Below are positions 39,282 through 48,625 of a stretch of 64,000 bases of DNA, piece after piece. Below the pieces are notes generated by a model, which was not told where the DNA came from, made no database searches, and worked only from the letters and a program-made list of their open reading frames with translations. The position numbers and the translations under genes were made by a program. The DNA comes from Candidatus Bathyarchaeota archaeon. Its GTDB lineage: Archaea > Thermoproteota > Bathyarchaeia > Bathyarchaeales > Bathycorpusculaceae. The stretch spans positions 320,001 to 384,000 of the forward strand of contig CAWHVC010000002.1 of the NCBI GenBank assembly GCA_963832745.1, in the 5' to 3' direction. The first letter of the stretch is position 1, and each line of letters starts with the position of its first letter.

Positions 39282-39944
39282 TTAAAAAGCAGTAGGCTGC
39301 GAATCTTTTATGGCTTGGAAAACCTTGTCAGCAACAAACTGCGAACCCTCAACAGTTAGATGAACCCCGTCAGAGGAAAACTCTGGATGCATCAGCATTT
39401 CATCGTAGAAATCAATAAGGGGCAAGCCGGTTTCGTTTGCGATTTGCCTTATTTGCGGAATTATCTGCCCCACCAAAATGGTACTGTTTGGTCCCAGACT
39501 ATCATCAAAAATAGTTGGAGGCACTACCAAAAATATTTGCGGTTTGCTAGGCAACTCTTGGAAGGCAGAAATCAGCAGTTTGTAGTCGCTTGTGAAGTTG
39601 CCGATGATTGGCTGGTACCATGTTATGGCATCATTGGTTCCTAACATGATAACAACTTTGTCTGGCAGGAAATCTTTGGCTTGCGTGAAAACCGACTGAT
39701 TCATGTACGGTTTTGACGTTGCCAACGAGACTGAAGCTAAACCGATACCAAAGTTGCCTACCGAATAGTTGCTTCCTAACAGTTTGGATAAATCAGTAAC
39801 GTAACTTGAGCCTTTAGTTATGCTGTCGCCTACGCAGGCAACGCGAATCCCGTCCTCGCTTGGCGCTATCAGAAACCATACTGTTAAGCCGCTTACAACA
39901 AGTACAACAATCAGCACCACAGGCAGGACAAGTTTAGTTTTCAT
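39282..39944 (-). CDS. SGNH/GDSL esterase with N-terminal membrane anchor
   Basis: ACVGDSIT, GNFG, MLGTND, DGVH blocks. Confidence 0.9.
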   Translation of the reverse strand: MKTKLVLPVVLIVVLVVSGLTVWFLIAPSEDGIRVACVGDSITKGSSYVTDLSKLLGSNYSVGNFGIGLASVSLATSKPYMNQSVFTQAKDFLPDKVVIMLGTNDAITWYQPIIGNFTSDYKLLISAFQELPSKPQIFLVVPPTIFDDSLGPNSTILVGQIIPQIRQIANETGLPLIDFYDEMLMHPEFSSDGVHLTVEGSQFVADKVFQAIKDSQPTAF

Positions 39945-40028
39945 CTGGGTATCAAGTAATAATAATTGTTTTTACCGTTAAAGTCTTTAAGTAATTCCAT
40001 CTTAAAATAACGTTTAATTGGTGTACCA

Positions 40029-40922
40029 TTGGATAAAACTGACATTATAATTTGCCAGATGCTGCTTACTCAATCAAGAACGTCCTACCGAGAACTTGCT
40101 GACAAACTTAACCTGTCCGTAACAGCTGTTCACAACCGCATCCAAGCACTAATCGATATGGGCATAATACGCCAGTTCATAGCGCGTCCAAGCATAATTG
40201 CCCAAAACGCCATCCATGTCCTCATCATCGGCGCCTCAAAAACCGAAAACATCCGCAGTTTAACTCCAAAACTGGCAAAACATGGTTCAATTTATTGGCT
40301 TGCAGTTGGCGGAGGAAACATCCTCTTCATTGGCGCATACCTAAAAAACATCAGCGAACTTGAAGAGTTAACCAGTTTTGTTAAAGAAAATGCCCAAATT
40401 CCCGAACCAACAGTCGGAATAACCCGTTCACCCATACCTGCCAACCTGAAAAACCTCAAATTAGAAACTGAACTTTGCGATTTGGACTACAAAATCATCC
40501 GATGCCTAAAAAATGATTCAAGAAAACCAGTCGCCGACGTAGCTGAAGAAATTGGTGTTTCAGCAAAAACCGTTCGCCGCAGACTTGAGAGGATGACAAA
40601 AAACTATCTAATTGAACTATCAATAGAATGGTTCCCTGACGCTTCCAACGACATAATCAGCGTTTTTTATGTGCACCTTAAACCTGACGCTGACAAAAAT
40701 ACGCCAAACGTGATAATGGCAAAGAACTATCCTAACACCTTGTTCTATTGGGGTTTTAGCAACCTACCAAACAATTACTTTTTCATGACTTGGAGTCCAA
40801 CAAGCCGAGATGTCAAAGATTTGCGTGAAAAAATCGAGCAAGAACCCAGTGTGCAGTCGGTAGCGCCAAACATAATCTTCACTGGCTACGTTTTTGAAAC
40901 CTGGCGAGACAATTACCCGTAA
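40029..40922 (+). CDS. Tandem (double) Lrp/AsnC transcriptional regulator
   Basis: Two HTH units: DKTDIIIC...SRTSYRELA and DLDYKII..LKNDSRKPVADVA. Confidence 0.85.
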   Translation: MDKTDIIICQMLLTQSRTSYRELADKLNLSVTAVHNRIQALIDMGIIRQFIARPSIIAQNAIHVLIIGASKTENIRSLTPKLAKHGSIYWLAVGGGNILFIGAYLKNISELEELTSFVKENAQIPEPTVGITRSPIPANLKNLKLETELCDLDYKIIRCLKNDSRKPVADVAEEIGVSAKTVRRRLERMTKNYLIELSIEWFPDASNDIISVFYVHLKPDADKNTPNVIMAKNYPNTLFYWGFSNLPNNYFFMTWSPTSRDVKDLREKIEQEPSVQSVAPNIIFTGYVFETWRDNYP

Positions 40923-41049
40923 GTGCCCTTTTTTCAATCAACTGGTTAAAGAAAGAGCACAAAAAGGCCCGTTAGAGACCGTTTTTTTAATTATAAGGTA
41001 AACAAGAACCTAAATTCTCAAACGCCCCTGTAACATTCAGTGAACTGAA

Positions 41050-41793
41050 ATGGTTACAGCAATAACAATAGAGAATTTAACCAAAAAATATGATGACAAA
41101 ACAGCCTTGGACGGCCTAAGCCTCCACATTGAAAAAGGCGAACTCTTCGGACTACTTGGTCCAAACGGGGCAGGAAAAACAACAACAATAAACATCCTTT
41201 GCGGATTAATCAACCCCACAAGCGGCACAGCACAAATCCTTGGATACGACGTCCAAAAAGACAAAAGCAAAGTCAAAGAACAAATCGGCGTATGTATACA
41301 AGAAACAGCAATTTACCCTTATATGACAGGTACCGAAAACCTTGAACTCTTCGGTAACCTGCACTGCATGAACAAAAACACCCTAAAAACAAGAAGCAAC
41401 ATGCTACTTGACAAAATGGGTCTAACAGAGGACGCCAAACGTAGGGCAGGCAAATACAGTGGCGGCATGAAACGTCGATTAAGCCTTGCTCTTGCGTTGA
41501 TTCATGACCCAGAAATCGCTTTTTTGGATGAACCCACAGTCGCCATGGACCCGCAGTCGCGCCATGCAGTTTGGGACGTAATAAGTGAACAGAAAAGTAA
41601 CGGAAAAACCATCATTCTCACAACACACGCCATGGAAGAAGCAGAAAACCTCTGTGACAGAGTTGGCATAATTGACCATGGCAAACTCATCGCTCTTGGA
41701 ACACCAAAAGAACTTATCAGCAAATGCGGCGTAAAAAATCTTGAAGAAGTCTTCATACAACTCACAGGCCGAAACATCAGGGAGGAAGCCTAA
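41050..41793 (+). CDS. ABC-2 exporter ATP-binding subunit (DrrA-like)
   Basis: GPNGAGKTT, YSGGMKRR, FLDEPT. Confidence 0.9.
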   Translation: MVTAITIENLTKKYDDKTALDGLSLHIEKGELFGLLGPNGAGKTTTINILCGLINPTSGTAQILGYDVQKDKSKVKEQIGVCIQETAIYPYMTGTENLELFGNLHCMNKNTLKTRSNMLLDKMGLTEDAKRRAGKYSGGMKRRLSLALALIHDPEIAFLDEPTVAMDPQSRHAVWDVISEQKSNGKTIILTTHAMEEAENLCDRVGIIDHGKLIALGTPKELISKCGVKNLEEVFIQLTGRNIREEA

Positions 41794-42960
41794 ATGAAAC
41801 TTCAAAGACTTCTCGCCCTAACAAAGAAAGAACTCCTGAAAACAATTCGAGAACCAGCCGTCTTGTTCATGATTTTCCTGTTCCCCATCATATTCGTATT
41901 TGCCTTCGGCGCATCGTTTGGCGGCGGCTTCGGAGGTCAACAAAGCGTCACTTATCAAATCGGCGTCGTCAACCTTGACACTTCAGGTAATCAGCAGTGG
42001 TCAAACACTTTCACAAGCACACTTTCAAACATGTCAATCATAAACCTGAGCATTTACAGCGACAATCAAACAGCACAAGCAGACCTAAGTCAAGGAAAAA
42101 TGCAAGCCCTAATAGTCATCCCAGCGGAGTTTAGCCAAAGCATAACATCCTACTACACACAACCAAACAATCCAGCCGCTTGGACCAACACCACCCTGCC
42201 ACTGTACCTTGACAAAGGCTCCATGATAGCTACGCAAGCAGTTCCCCCAATCATCCAGCAAATCATAAACGGCATGACAAACCAGCAAGCACAAACACCA
42301 CAAAGCCCAATCCAACTGCAAACCGCCCAACTCGTAGAAGTAACCCAGCAGTCATCAGCACTTGACTTCATAGCACCCGGAATGTTCACGTTCGCCTCAA
42401 TATTCCTCATCATGATGGTTGCCCAATCCTTCACCCAAGACCGCGAAAACGGCATGATGAAACGCATCCGCATAACCCCCACTTCACCCACAGAATTCAT
42501 GGGCGCCCAAGTAGTTTCCTACATGGTAATTGCACTCATCCAAGCAGCCTTAGTATTCCTGATGGTTTACGTAATGGGCTTTAAACCAAACGTCGGCATA
42601 GACTCATACAGTTTCGCATTCATCCTTGTACTGGTCTTCAGCTTATCCAACGTGGGCTTCGGATTAATCACCGCAACCATCGCCAAAACTTCAAGCGCAG
42701 CAACGGGCTTAAGCTTCCTATTCGTGCTCCCACAACTGTTCCTTGGAACATTCGTTGGCAACTCGCTTTCAGGCGCTGCACAAACCGTAGGCAAATTCGT
42801 TCCCAGCTACTACGTCACAGACGCCCTGACCTCGCTGTTCCTAAGAGGCGCCGCAGTATCAAGCGTGACAATCCTGCTTGACTTCACCGTGATTGCGGCA
42901 TCCTGTATCGGCATCCTTGCAGTCGGCATAGTGCTGTATGCAAGATACTACAAAATCTAA
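41794..42960 (+). CDS. ABC-2 exporter permease with extracellular domain
   Basis: N-terminal TM, polar extracellular loop, DRENGMMKRIRITP, further TMs. Confidence 0.85.
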   Translation: MKLQRLLALTKKELLKTIREPAVLFMIFLFPIIFVFAFGASFGGGFGGQQSVTYQIGVVNLDTSGNQQWSNTFTSTLSNMSIINLSIYSDNQTAQADLSQGKMQALIVIPAEFSQSITSYYTQPNNPAAWTNTTLPLYLDKGSMIATQAVPPIIQQIINGMTNQQAQTPQSPIQLQTAQLVEVTQQSSALDFIAPGMFTFASIFLIMMVAQSFTQDRENGMMKRIRITPTSPTEFMGAQVVSYMVIALIQAALVFLMVYVMGFKPNVGIDSYSFAFILVLVFSLSNVGFGLITATIAKTSSAATGLSFLFVLPQLFLGTFVGNSLSGAAQTVGKFVPSYYVTDALTSLFLRGAAVSSVTILLDFTVIAASCIGILAVGIVLYARYYKI

Positions 42961-42977
42961 GAGTGCTATGATGAAAA

Positions 42978-43349
42978 ATGACAAACTCCAAAGTAGACAC
43001 AAACAACCTCAAAAAAATGGCACAAGCCTCAGAGGACAAAGAGGCATACCAACTGATAGCTAAAACTGAGCGGTACCGAGTAGGCGTCGGCGCACGCTTA
43101 CCTCAGCCTGCTCAAACTCTCATCTTCTTTGTCGAAATCCTGCTAACCTTGTGTCCAACATGCACCAAAGCAGACTTAACGTTTCTTCAACACGCCTTAA
43201 ACATTTTAAACGTGCTGGAACAGAACGGGTACACGTTAACCTGCCAAGACGACAACAGTATCCTCTGTGAAAAACTATCTATAGAGAAAACGTTGCAGGA
43301 AGACTTTGAAACGGTAAAAGCTATAATTGAGAAAGAACTGGAACATTAG
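42978..43349 (+). CDS. Hypothetical protein
   Basis: 123-aa ORF, same strand and 17 bp after the permease. Confidence 0.6.
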   Translation: MTNSKVDTNNLKKMAQASEDKEAYQLIAKTERYRVGVGARLPQPAQTLIFFVEILLTLCPTCTKADLTFLQHALNILNVLEQNGYTLTCQDDNSILCEKLSIEKTLQEDFETVKAIIEKELEH

Positions 43350-43487
43350 CTTAAATATTCTTTATTTTTTATTTAGTCATTAGTTGTTTAAAATAAAAGC
43401 AATAAACAGCAACTTGTTTAACCGCAAAATTGTGTCATACTTAAATAGCCTTTCTTGTTATTCGTTTAAACGGAGGCTAAACAGAAA

Positions 43488-43751
43488 GTGCCTGCTATAG
43501 AAGTCGGAAGAATATGCTTTAAACAAGCCGGTCGAGAACAAGGCAAAAAATGTGTCGTAATAGATGTAATGGACAAAAGCTTCATCCTCGTAACCGGACC
43601 AAAAAAATTAACCGGAATCAAAAGACGAAGAGTTAACCTAAACCACGTTTCACCCCTCGAAGATAAAATCGAAATCAAACGAGGTGCCTCAGACGAGGAA
43701 GTAACTCAAGCCTTAGAAGCCGCCGGCAAAACAGAGTTAATGAAAGCTTAA
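43488..43751 (+). CDS. rpl14e: 50S ribosomal protein L14e
   Basis: MPAIEVGRIC.K.AGRE.GKKCVVID; GTG start with GGAGG; upstream of cbf5. Confidence 0.95.
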   Translation: MPAIEVGRICFKQAGREQGKKCVVIDVMDKSFILVTGPKKLTGIKRRRVNLNHVSPLEDKIEIKRGASDEEVTQALEAAGKTELMKA

Positions 43752-43821
43752 CTTTTAAGTTCAAACTTTAATTACCACAACTACATCTTTTTCTTTTAAC
43801 CTAAGGAGCAATACAACTTCA

Positions 43822-44841
43822 ATGCCACGAACCAGCCCTCCATGGGAAACTAAACGTGAAACCTTGGTAAAAACAGAGGACATCACTAACCCAAAATATG
43901 GTTACAAACCCTCTGAAAGACCAGCAAAAGAATACATCCAATACGGCGTCATAAATCTTGACAAGCCCGCTGGACCAACAAGTCACGAAGTAGCTGCATG
44001 GACAAAAAAAATCTTGAAACTCTCAGTAATCGGTCACGGTGGAACTTTAGACCCCCAAGTAACTGGTGTTTTGCCCGTTACTTTAGAGGAATCTACGAAG
44101 ATTGTTCAAGCACTGCTTCATACAGGTAAAGAATACATTTGTGTTATGAAACTTCACGGCGACACCCGGGAAGATCAGGTTCGTCGAGTGCTTGGGGAAT
44201 TTGAAGATTTAATTTATCAACGTCCGCCTTTGCGGTCTTCGGTTAAGCGTCAAATTCGTACCAGACGGATTTACTACAATGAATTCATTGAGATGGATGG
44301 ACGCAATGTTCTTTTTAAGGTGGGTTGTGAAGGTGGAACATACATCCGTAAGCTCTGTTATGACATGGGCGAGATCTTGGGTGTTGGTGCGCATATGCAG
44401 GAGCTTCGTCGTTCACGGGCGGGTCCTTTTACTGAGAATAGTTCGACTCATGTGACTTTGCATGATATTGCTTACTGGTTTGGTGAATACCAGACAAAAA
44501 AGGATTCTGCAATTTTGCACAAGTTTATTCAACCGATGGAGTCGGCGCTTGATTTGATTCCGAAAATTACTGTTCGGGATTCGGCTGTTGATGCGTTGTG
44601 TCATGGTGCAAGTTTGACTGCTCCGGGTGTGGTTACGGTTGATTCGGGTATTGTGAAGGATAGTTTGGTTGCGGTGTTGACGCTTAAAGGTGAAGCGGTT
44701 ACGTTGTCTAAAGCTGCTGAACCGACGGAGCAGATTCTTGAGCTTAAGCACGGTATTGTTGCTACCTCTGAACGTGTGTTAATGCCCAGGGGGACTTACC
44801 CGAAGGTTTGGAAGTCCGGTAAGGAAAATGACAAAGAATAA
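43822..44841 (+). CDS. cbf5: RNA-guided pseudouridine synthase Cbf5 (TruB family)
   Basis: DKPAGPTSH, GHGGTLDP, GTYIRKLC, ELRR, PUA domain. Confidence 0.95.
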   Translation: MPRTSPPWETKRETLVKTEDITNPKYGYKPSERPAKEYIQYGVINLDKPAGPTSHEVAAWTKKILKLSVIGHGGTLDPQVTGVLPVTLEESTKIVQALLHTGKEYICVMKLHGDTREDQVRRVLGEFEDLIYQRPPLRSSVKRQIRTRRIYYNEFIEMDGRNVLFKVGCEGGTYIRKLCYDMGEILGVGAHMQELRRSRAGPFTENSSTHVTLHDIAYWFGEYQTKKDSAILHKFIQPMESALDLIPKITVRDSAVDALCHGASLTAPGVVTVDSGIVKDSLVAVLTLKGEAVTLSKAAEPTEQILELKHGIVATSERVLMPRGTYPKVWKSGKENDKE

Positions 44842-45466
44842 AAGAGTACCTGCTGAACACTATTTTTCTTCTTCCCCAAAATCTAACGCAAACTATGGGT
44901 TGGTGCGGGCGAGTTTGTGTGGCAGGGTTTTTGAGTTTGTTACTGCTTCAAGCGTTTTTTCTAAACGGCGGGTTGATACGGGGACTCAGTTGCTTATTGA
45001 ATCGATGGTTCTTCCGGAGTTTGGTGCGTTGTTGGATATTGGTTGTGGTTATGGGGCGGTTGGTATTGCTGCGGCAGCGTTTAATCGTAACTTGCAGGTT
45101 TGTATGACGGATGTGAACGCGCGGGCGGTTGCTTTGGCGAAGAAGAATGTTGAGCGTAACCGTGTTTTTAATGCGCAGGTGCGTTATGGTTGTTTGTATG
45201 AGCCTGTTTTGGGTTTGAGGTTTGATTGTGTGTTGTCTAATCCGCCGGTGAGTGCGGGTATGGATGTTGTTAAAGCGATTATTACTGGGGCGCCCCATGT
45301 TATGCGGGTTGGCGGGGTTTTTGAGATGGTTATTCGGTCTAAGATTGGTGCGAAGTTGTTGCCGGCATTGTTTACTGAAACTTTTGGTAACTGTTTGGTT
45401 GTGGCGAGGGGGAGTGGTTTTAGGGTGTTGTTGGGTAAATGTGTTTGTGAAGATGTGGTGCGGTGA
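44828..45466 (+). CDS. Class I SAM methyltransferase, RsmC/MJ0882-like
   Basis: EHYFS, VFSKRRVDTGT, LDIGCGYG, SNPP. Confidence 0.85.
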   Translation: MTKNKRVPAEHYFSSSPKSNANYGLVRASLCGRVFEFVTASSVFSKRRVDTGTQLLIESMVLPEFGALLDIGCGYGAVGIAAAAFNRNLQVCMTDVNARAVALAKKNVERNRVFNAQVRYGCLYEPVLGLRFDCVLSNPPVSAGMDVVKAIITGAPHVMRVGGVFEMVIRSKIGAKLLPALFTETFGNCLVVARGSGFRVLLGKCVCEDVVR

Positions 45467-45531
45467 CGCCTTTTGTCTGCCAAGAGCTTATTTTGTAGCT
45501 GACAATTTTAGAGTAGCAAGGGAAAGGAAAA

Positions 45532-45750
45532 ATGTCGGACGATAACAAAAGAGAAAGAATCACCATCCGCTTAACCAAACGCTACCTCGACCTTCTAAAC
45601 ACCTTAATTGAAAAAGGTGTCTATAACAGCCGCAATGAAGCTATCCGCGATGCCTTGCGAATAATGTACGAGTATCATGGGTTGAAAGTTGCTCCTGAAA
45701 AGAAGGGTGTAGTTAAAGTTAAAGATGAAGTGGATGAAGAAGTAGAGTAA
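45532..45750 (+). CDS. Ribbon-helix-helix (CopG/Arc/MetJ) regulator
   Basis: RITIRL beta-strand; L..LIEKGVYNSRNEAIRDAL. Confidence 0.85.
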   Translation: MSDDNKRERITIRLTKRYLDLLNTLIEKGVYNSRNEAIRDALRIMYEYHGLKVAPEKKGVVKVKDEVDEEVE

Positions 45751-45757
45751 ACCCATA

Positions 45758-45949
45758 TTATGCGTTTATTGTGATTTTTTTTGTTTCTGGTTCTTCGGTT
45801 ACTATTTGGATTTGGTAGTGTTTGAATAGGCGTCGTAGGGCGTCTTTGATGATTTCTGTTTGGTTTTCGTATAGGCCGTCTTTTATTAGTTGGTTCATGC
45901 CGGATTGGTAGGGGTTGGCTGTTTTGTTGTAGGGGTGTTTTTTGGGCAT
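45758..45949 (-). CDS. RHH-like paralog without a typical beta-ribbon
   Basis: MNQLIKDGLYENQTEIIKDALRRLFKHY aligns by eye with the neighbouring RHH helices. Confidence 0.6.
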   Translation of the reverse strand: MPKKHPYNKTANPYQSGMNQLIKDGLYENQTEIIKDALRRLFKHYQIQIVTEEPETKKITINA

Positions 45950-46085
45950 TTTGTTTTTCGCCTGTTGTTTGTTTGGTGTTTGGGTTTTTAAGATTTAATC
46001 GGGCTGCGGATATGTCTTGTTCTGAATCAAACCTCAATACGGCGGATTCAAATAACTTAAAAACTAAAACAAACATTTTTCAGCC

Positions 46086-46427
46086 GTGAAAAAAATGGCC
46101 ATTTACATGTTAGAAAAATATGTCATAAAATCCGATAAACTCGCAGAATTCAGCCAATATACCAAAAAATACCTCAAATGGCTCGAAACCAGGCGCCCAA
46201 CCCTTTACAAAGAAGTCAAAAGCCACCAGATGCTAAGCCAAATGTTCGGTGACCACTACTGCCAACAACTGGAAATCTGGGAATACGACAGCCTCGCTGA
46301 CCTCGAGAAAACTTGGGGACGCTTGATGGAAGATAAAGAGTTGAATGCTGAAGTTTTTCCAGAGTTTGCCAGCTTTATGGTGCCGGGCAGTCACAAAATC
46401 GAAATCTGGGGACAAGTCACCCAGTAA
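46086..46427 (+). CDS. NIPSNAP-like dimeric alpha/beta barrel protein
   Basis: YVIKSDKLAEF, EIWEYDSLADLE, VPGSHKIEIW. Confidence 0.65.
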   Translation: MKKMAIYMLEKYVIKSDKLAEFSQYTKKYLKWLETRRPTLYKEVKSHQMLSQMFGDHYCQQLEIWEYDSLADLEKTWGRLMEDKELNAEVFPEFASFMVPGSHKIEIWGQVTQ

Positions 46428-46677
46428 GGGCAAACTACTGATTTTCAACATACTTTTGGCGTTTTTCAGCGCAATAGCACCTACCCCCCTTAGAGATTTC
46501 TGTGAAAAGTTAAGCAGCAGAAAAGCAGTGAACAGCAAAATGCAGTCGGGCACTAGCATGGCCCATTAAACGGACATTTCCCGCCCACCCAAACACGCCC
46601 AACCAGCCCATATAAGCAATTTTGGCATTCAAAAAACCGATTTAAAAAAGCACAATTAAAAACAATCAAAGCCTCGT

Positions 46678-46992
46678 TTAAGACAGGAGGGCATCCATTT
46701 GGAGCGCTAACTCTGCAATTTTCTTGCCTTTTTCTGTTAGGGCATGGAACAGGCTTGGCATGGGGTTGCTGCCGACTCGTTTCTTTTCCCGTTCTACTAA
46801 ACCTAATGCTATGCAGATGTCTACGGCTGTTTCTACTGTTCGGCGACCAAGGTTATAGCGTTCTTTCATTTGTTGGGTGAGTTCTGCATGTATGAGTGGG
46901 TGTTTTGTTTGGTAAAGTGTGATTAGTAAGCGCATTGATGCTTGGGATTCTTCTAGTTTGCCGATTGATGACATGTTTCTTCTAATTGCCAA
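46678..46992 (-). CDS. Winged-helix DNA-binding protein
   Basis: LGLVERE...HALTEKGKKIA wing motif. Confidence 0.7.
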   Translation of the reverse strand: MAIRRNMSSIGKLEESQASMRLLITLYQTKHPLIHAELTQQMKERYNLGRRTVETAVDICIALGLVEREKKRVGSNPMPSLFHALTEKGKKIAELALQMDALLS

Positions 46993-47099
46993 TTGTTAGC
47001 AATTGTATATTTATTTTTATGTGGCAGTTGTTAACTGGTGACAATAGTTATTTAAGTTAGTTGTTGCTAACTGTTAACACATTACAGGTGTATTGGATA

Positions 47100-47532
47100 A
47101 TGAGCACCGAGCTACCTGAAGAACTAAAAACAATTTACTCCAAACAAGCACGTAAAAATCTCCCACAATATCGAGCGTTTAAAAATTATGGCAGCATTGA
47201 AACTGTGGAACGACCGCGGCTACCGCGACATACAATTCGACGTGCCCATAACATGCAGCGGAAAAACAGTATATGTAAAAGTCCTAACAAAAAACGAGGA
47301 AGGCATGAATATTGTGATTGAGTGTGCCTCAGTTGTCAAGCCAAAACGATTCCGTGCTCGAATTGCGCACCTGCGGAACTGTTTGACAAACAGCTACATC
47401 ATTGCAGTTTTTCCATCAACCGCAGGCGAAAAAGTTGAAAAAGCCGCCGAACTCACAGACGAGCTATGGGTAACAGGAAAAAACGGTAAAATCGAACAAA
47501 TGATGTTCATGTCAACTTTTTACAAAGGATGA
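47100..47532 (+). pseudogene. PD-(D/E)XK-fold-like protein, apparently split by one extra A
   Basis: MSTELPEEL...YRAFK joins IMAALKLWNDRGY... if one A is removed from the A5 run at 47181-47185; VYVKVL...IVIECAS resembles a degenerate nuclease core. Confidence 0.45.
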
Positions 47533-47568
47533 ATTTGTGTGTCTATGTAACAATCGATTTGAACACGG

Positions 47569-47819
47569 TTCTGCAAGTCTGTTGAAATGAAAAATCACCT
47601 ATGTGAGAAGACGCTGGAATTTACAAGGATTTAGGAAGCGCCTCTGCCCCACAAATACAAGAAATTTTTTAACAATTAACCGTATGATGAATTTTTTGTG
47701 TTTTTATAGGGAATGCTGACGAATAATCTATTCGTATATGATTCTCCAAGTCTGTTGAAATGAAAACTTTATTGAGATACTGATCACAAATTTTTGTAAT
47801 AATTAACATGTATGTGAAT
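47569..47819. repeat. Imperfect direct repeats in an AT-rich intergenic region
   Basis: TTCT[G/C]CAAGTCTGTTGAAATGAAAA at 47569-47593 and 47742-47766; second motif AAATTTTT[T/G]TAA[C/T]AATTAAC..GTATG near 47663 and 47788. Confidence 0.8.
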
Positions 47820-48256
47820 ACTTTCTTTTATTTCCAGATATAGTTATATGTCTTTATTTTTAAAACGTTTCTTTATTTGAGAGGTACATTTTTTTTCTGT
47901 TTTGATTTTCTCCGTTTATGTGTTTTATCTGTTATAAAAAATAAGTAAGAATTGTTGTAGATAAATGGTGAGACTATTCCTACTTCACGATGATTAAATC
48001 TTTAAACTAAATGGAGAAAAAGATTTTTTTGGTCGCTTCACAGGCACTCCTCACCAAAATTTATTCGGCTGAATAAGCTTTTAACACTTTGTTGGTAGGA
48101 CAAAGTACAACATTCACGGGCTCTTTTATTTCCAGAAATAATTCTGATGGCTTGCTTTTTAAAAACTCAGCCAAAATTGAGGGTATCTGTTTTTTCTCTG
48201 TCTTGGATTTCTCCGTTCATGCGTTCCATCTTGTTATGGCTAACTTAGTAAACTTT

Positions 48257-48619
48257 TTAGATTTTTCCTTTTGGCCCTTTCCATTTCTCTGCTTGTTTTA
48301 GAAATTCTTCGTAGCCGTTTTGTTTGATGTATTCAAGTTGTTTTTGGTATTGTTTGTATTTTGAGCCGTTCTTCCCATAAAATTTGTTTGTTAGTTGACA
48401 GGGATAGTCTGGGCAGTCGGCGCAGGTTTCGAGTTTGTGTTTGGCAAAGCAGCAGATTTTGATTTCGCATTTGGCTTTGCTGATGTCTCGTTGCCCGTTG
48501 TCGTAGCCGAGTTTGCAGCCAAGGCATGTGCGTTCGTTGGGGTATTTTGATTTTTGCCATTGTATGCAGGTTTTGCAGTAGGTGCCGCAGCAACCAATTT
48601 CCCTAACCGCCAACGCCAA
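48257..48619 (-). CDS. DUF3795-like Cys-rich (Fe-S/Zn) protein
   Basis: GCCGTYCKTC, CLGC, CEIKICC, TCADCPDYPC. Confidence 0.8.
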   Translation of the reverse strand: MALAVREIGCCGTYCKTCIQWQKSKYPNERTCLGCKLGYDNGQRDISKAKCEIKICCFAKHKLETCADCPDYPCQLTNKFYGKNGSKYKQYQKQLEYIKQNGYEEFLKQAEKWKGPKGKI

Positions 48620-48625
48620 ATCGCC

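Noticed and set aside
44895-45545. Several overlapping antisense and alternate-frame ORFs over the methyltransferase
   Set aside because: Extreme G/T skew removes stop codons; the products are low-complexity
47569-47819. CRISPR array
   Set aside because: Only two copies, 173 bp apart; spacing does not fit CRISPR and no cas genes are present
48089-48301. 70-aa plus-strand ORF
   Set aside because: No motif; overlaps the DUF3795 gene end; probably spurious
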